Assembly (NCBI GenBank): GCA_015680685.1
Contig: MNCI01002140.1
Location: forward strand, 127,797 to 191,796
Length of the DNA stretch: 64,000 nt
Reading direction: 5' to 3'
From: Gnetum montanum
Lineage: Eukaryota > Plantae > Gnetophyta
Position numbers and translations under genes: made by a program. Each line of letters opens with the position of its first letter. Positions within the stretch are counted from its first letter, which is position 1. Below are positions 63,791 through 64,000 of this stretch, piece after piece. The notes below the pieces were generated by a model, which was not told the DNA's origin, made no database searches, and was given only the letters and a program-made list of their open reading frames with translations.

Positions 63791-64000
63791 AGGCATGAGC
63801 AATTAACAAACTTAGCATGAGCTAGTAGCAAAGGAATACAACACAAAAAACCATAAGAGCACTTAACCCTCCGGTGTAGTATACTGTTCTAGGTGGATTT
63901 TGGAATAAATTATGCATGCGTAGAGAAACAAAGAGGGTGTTGCTCTTTTTGTAGCAAGAGAACTCTAGAATTTTCAAAATCCTAGATAAGGGTCAAGCAC

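Larger units (their letters stand above)
27967..64000 (+). mobile_element. Element D2: Tat-clade element hosting E and F; own sequence is 27967-33927, 44873-45512 and 60729 to the window end
   Basis: 5' LTR 27967-29657, PBS 29663-29679, gag-PR to ~33890; continuity across E and F is inferred from TSDs CCCCT and ATCAG/ATTAG; RT not reached in the window. Confidence 0.7.

Overview
Plant-type heterochromatic DNA made almost entirely of nested, mostly decayed LTR retrotransposons. No host gene, rRNA, tRNA or CRISPR array is evident. Nesting was reconstructed by eye from LTR termini, PBS/PPT and 5-bp TSDs. (i) An Athila-like element A (only its 3' end is in the window, LTR 1958-2957) sits inside the 5' LTR of a pol-less Athila-like element B (ends 11848). 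(ii) A CRM-like chromovirus RT-RH is split by a copia-type element C (12367-20804, TSD ACCAA), which carries a SIRE-like solo LTR (18675-19848, TSD ATTTA). (iii) Tat-clade (Ogre/Retand-like) elements are stacked from ~21.5 kb to the end: D1 contains an Athila LTR and D2; D2 contains the chimeric element E (33928-44872, TSD CCCCT) and the full-length element F (45513-60728, gag-PR-spacer-RT-RH-aRH-INT). The most interesting signals are in the Tat family. First, five same-strand arrays (~40 copies) of a GTC-N6-GAC-N3-AAACT motif with variable spacers and apparent GTC/GAC vs GCC/GGC covariation, mostly placed just after the gag-PR and integrase stop codons. Second, a spliced, multi-exon antisense gene inside the PR-RT spacer. 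Third, subfamily-specific repeated xxx-ACGCT motifs in LTRs and leaders, reminiscent of a sequence-specific TE-encoded anti-silencing system. All calls are from manual reading; no searches were run.
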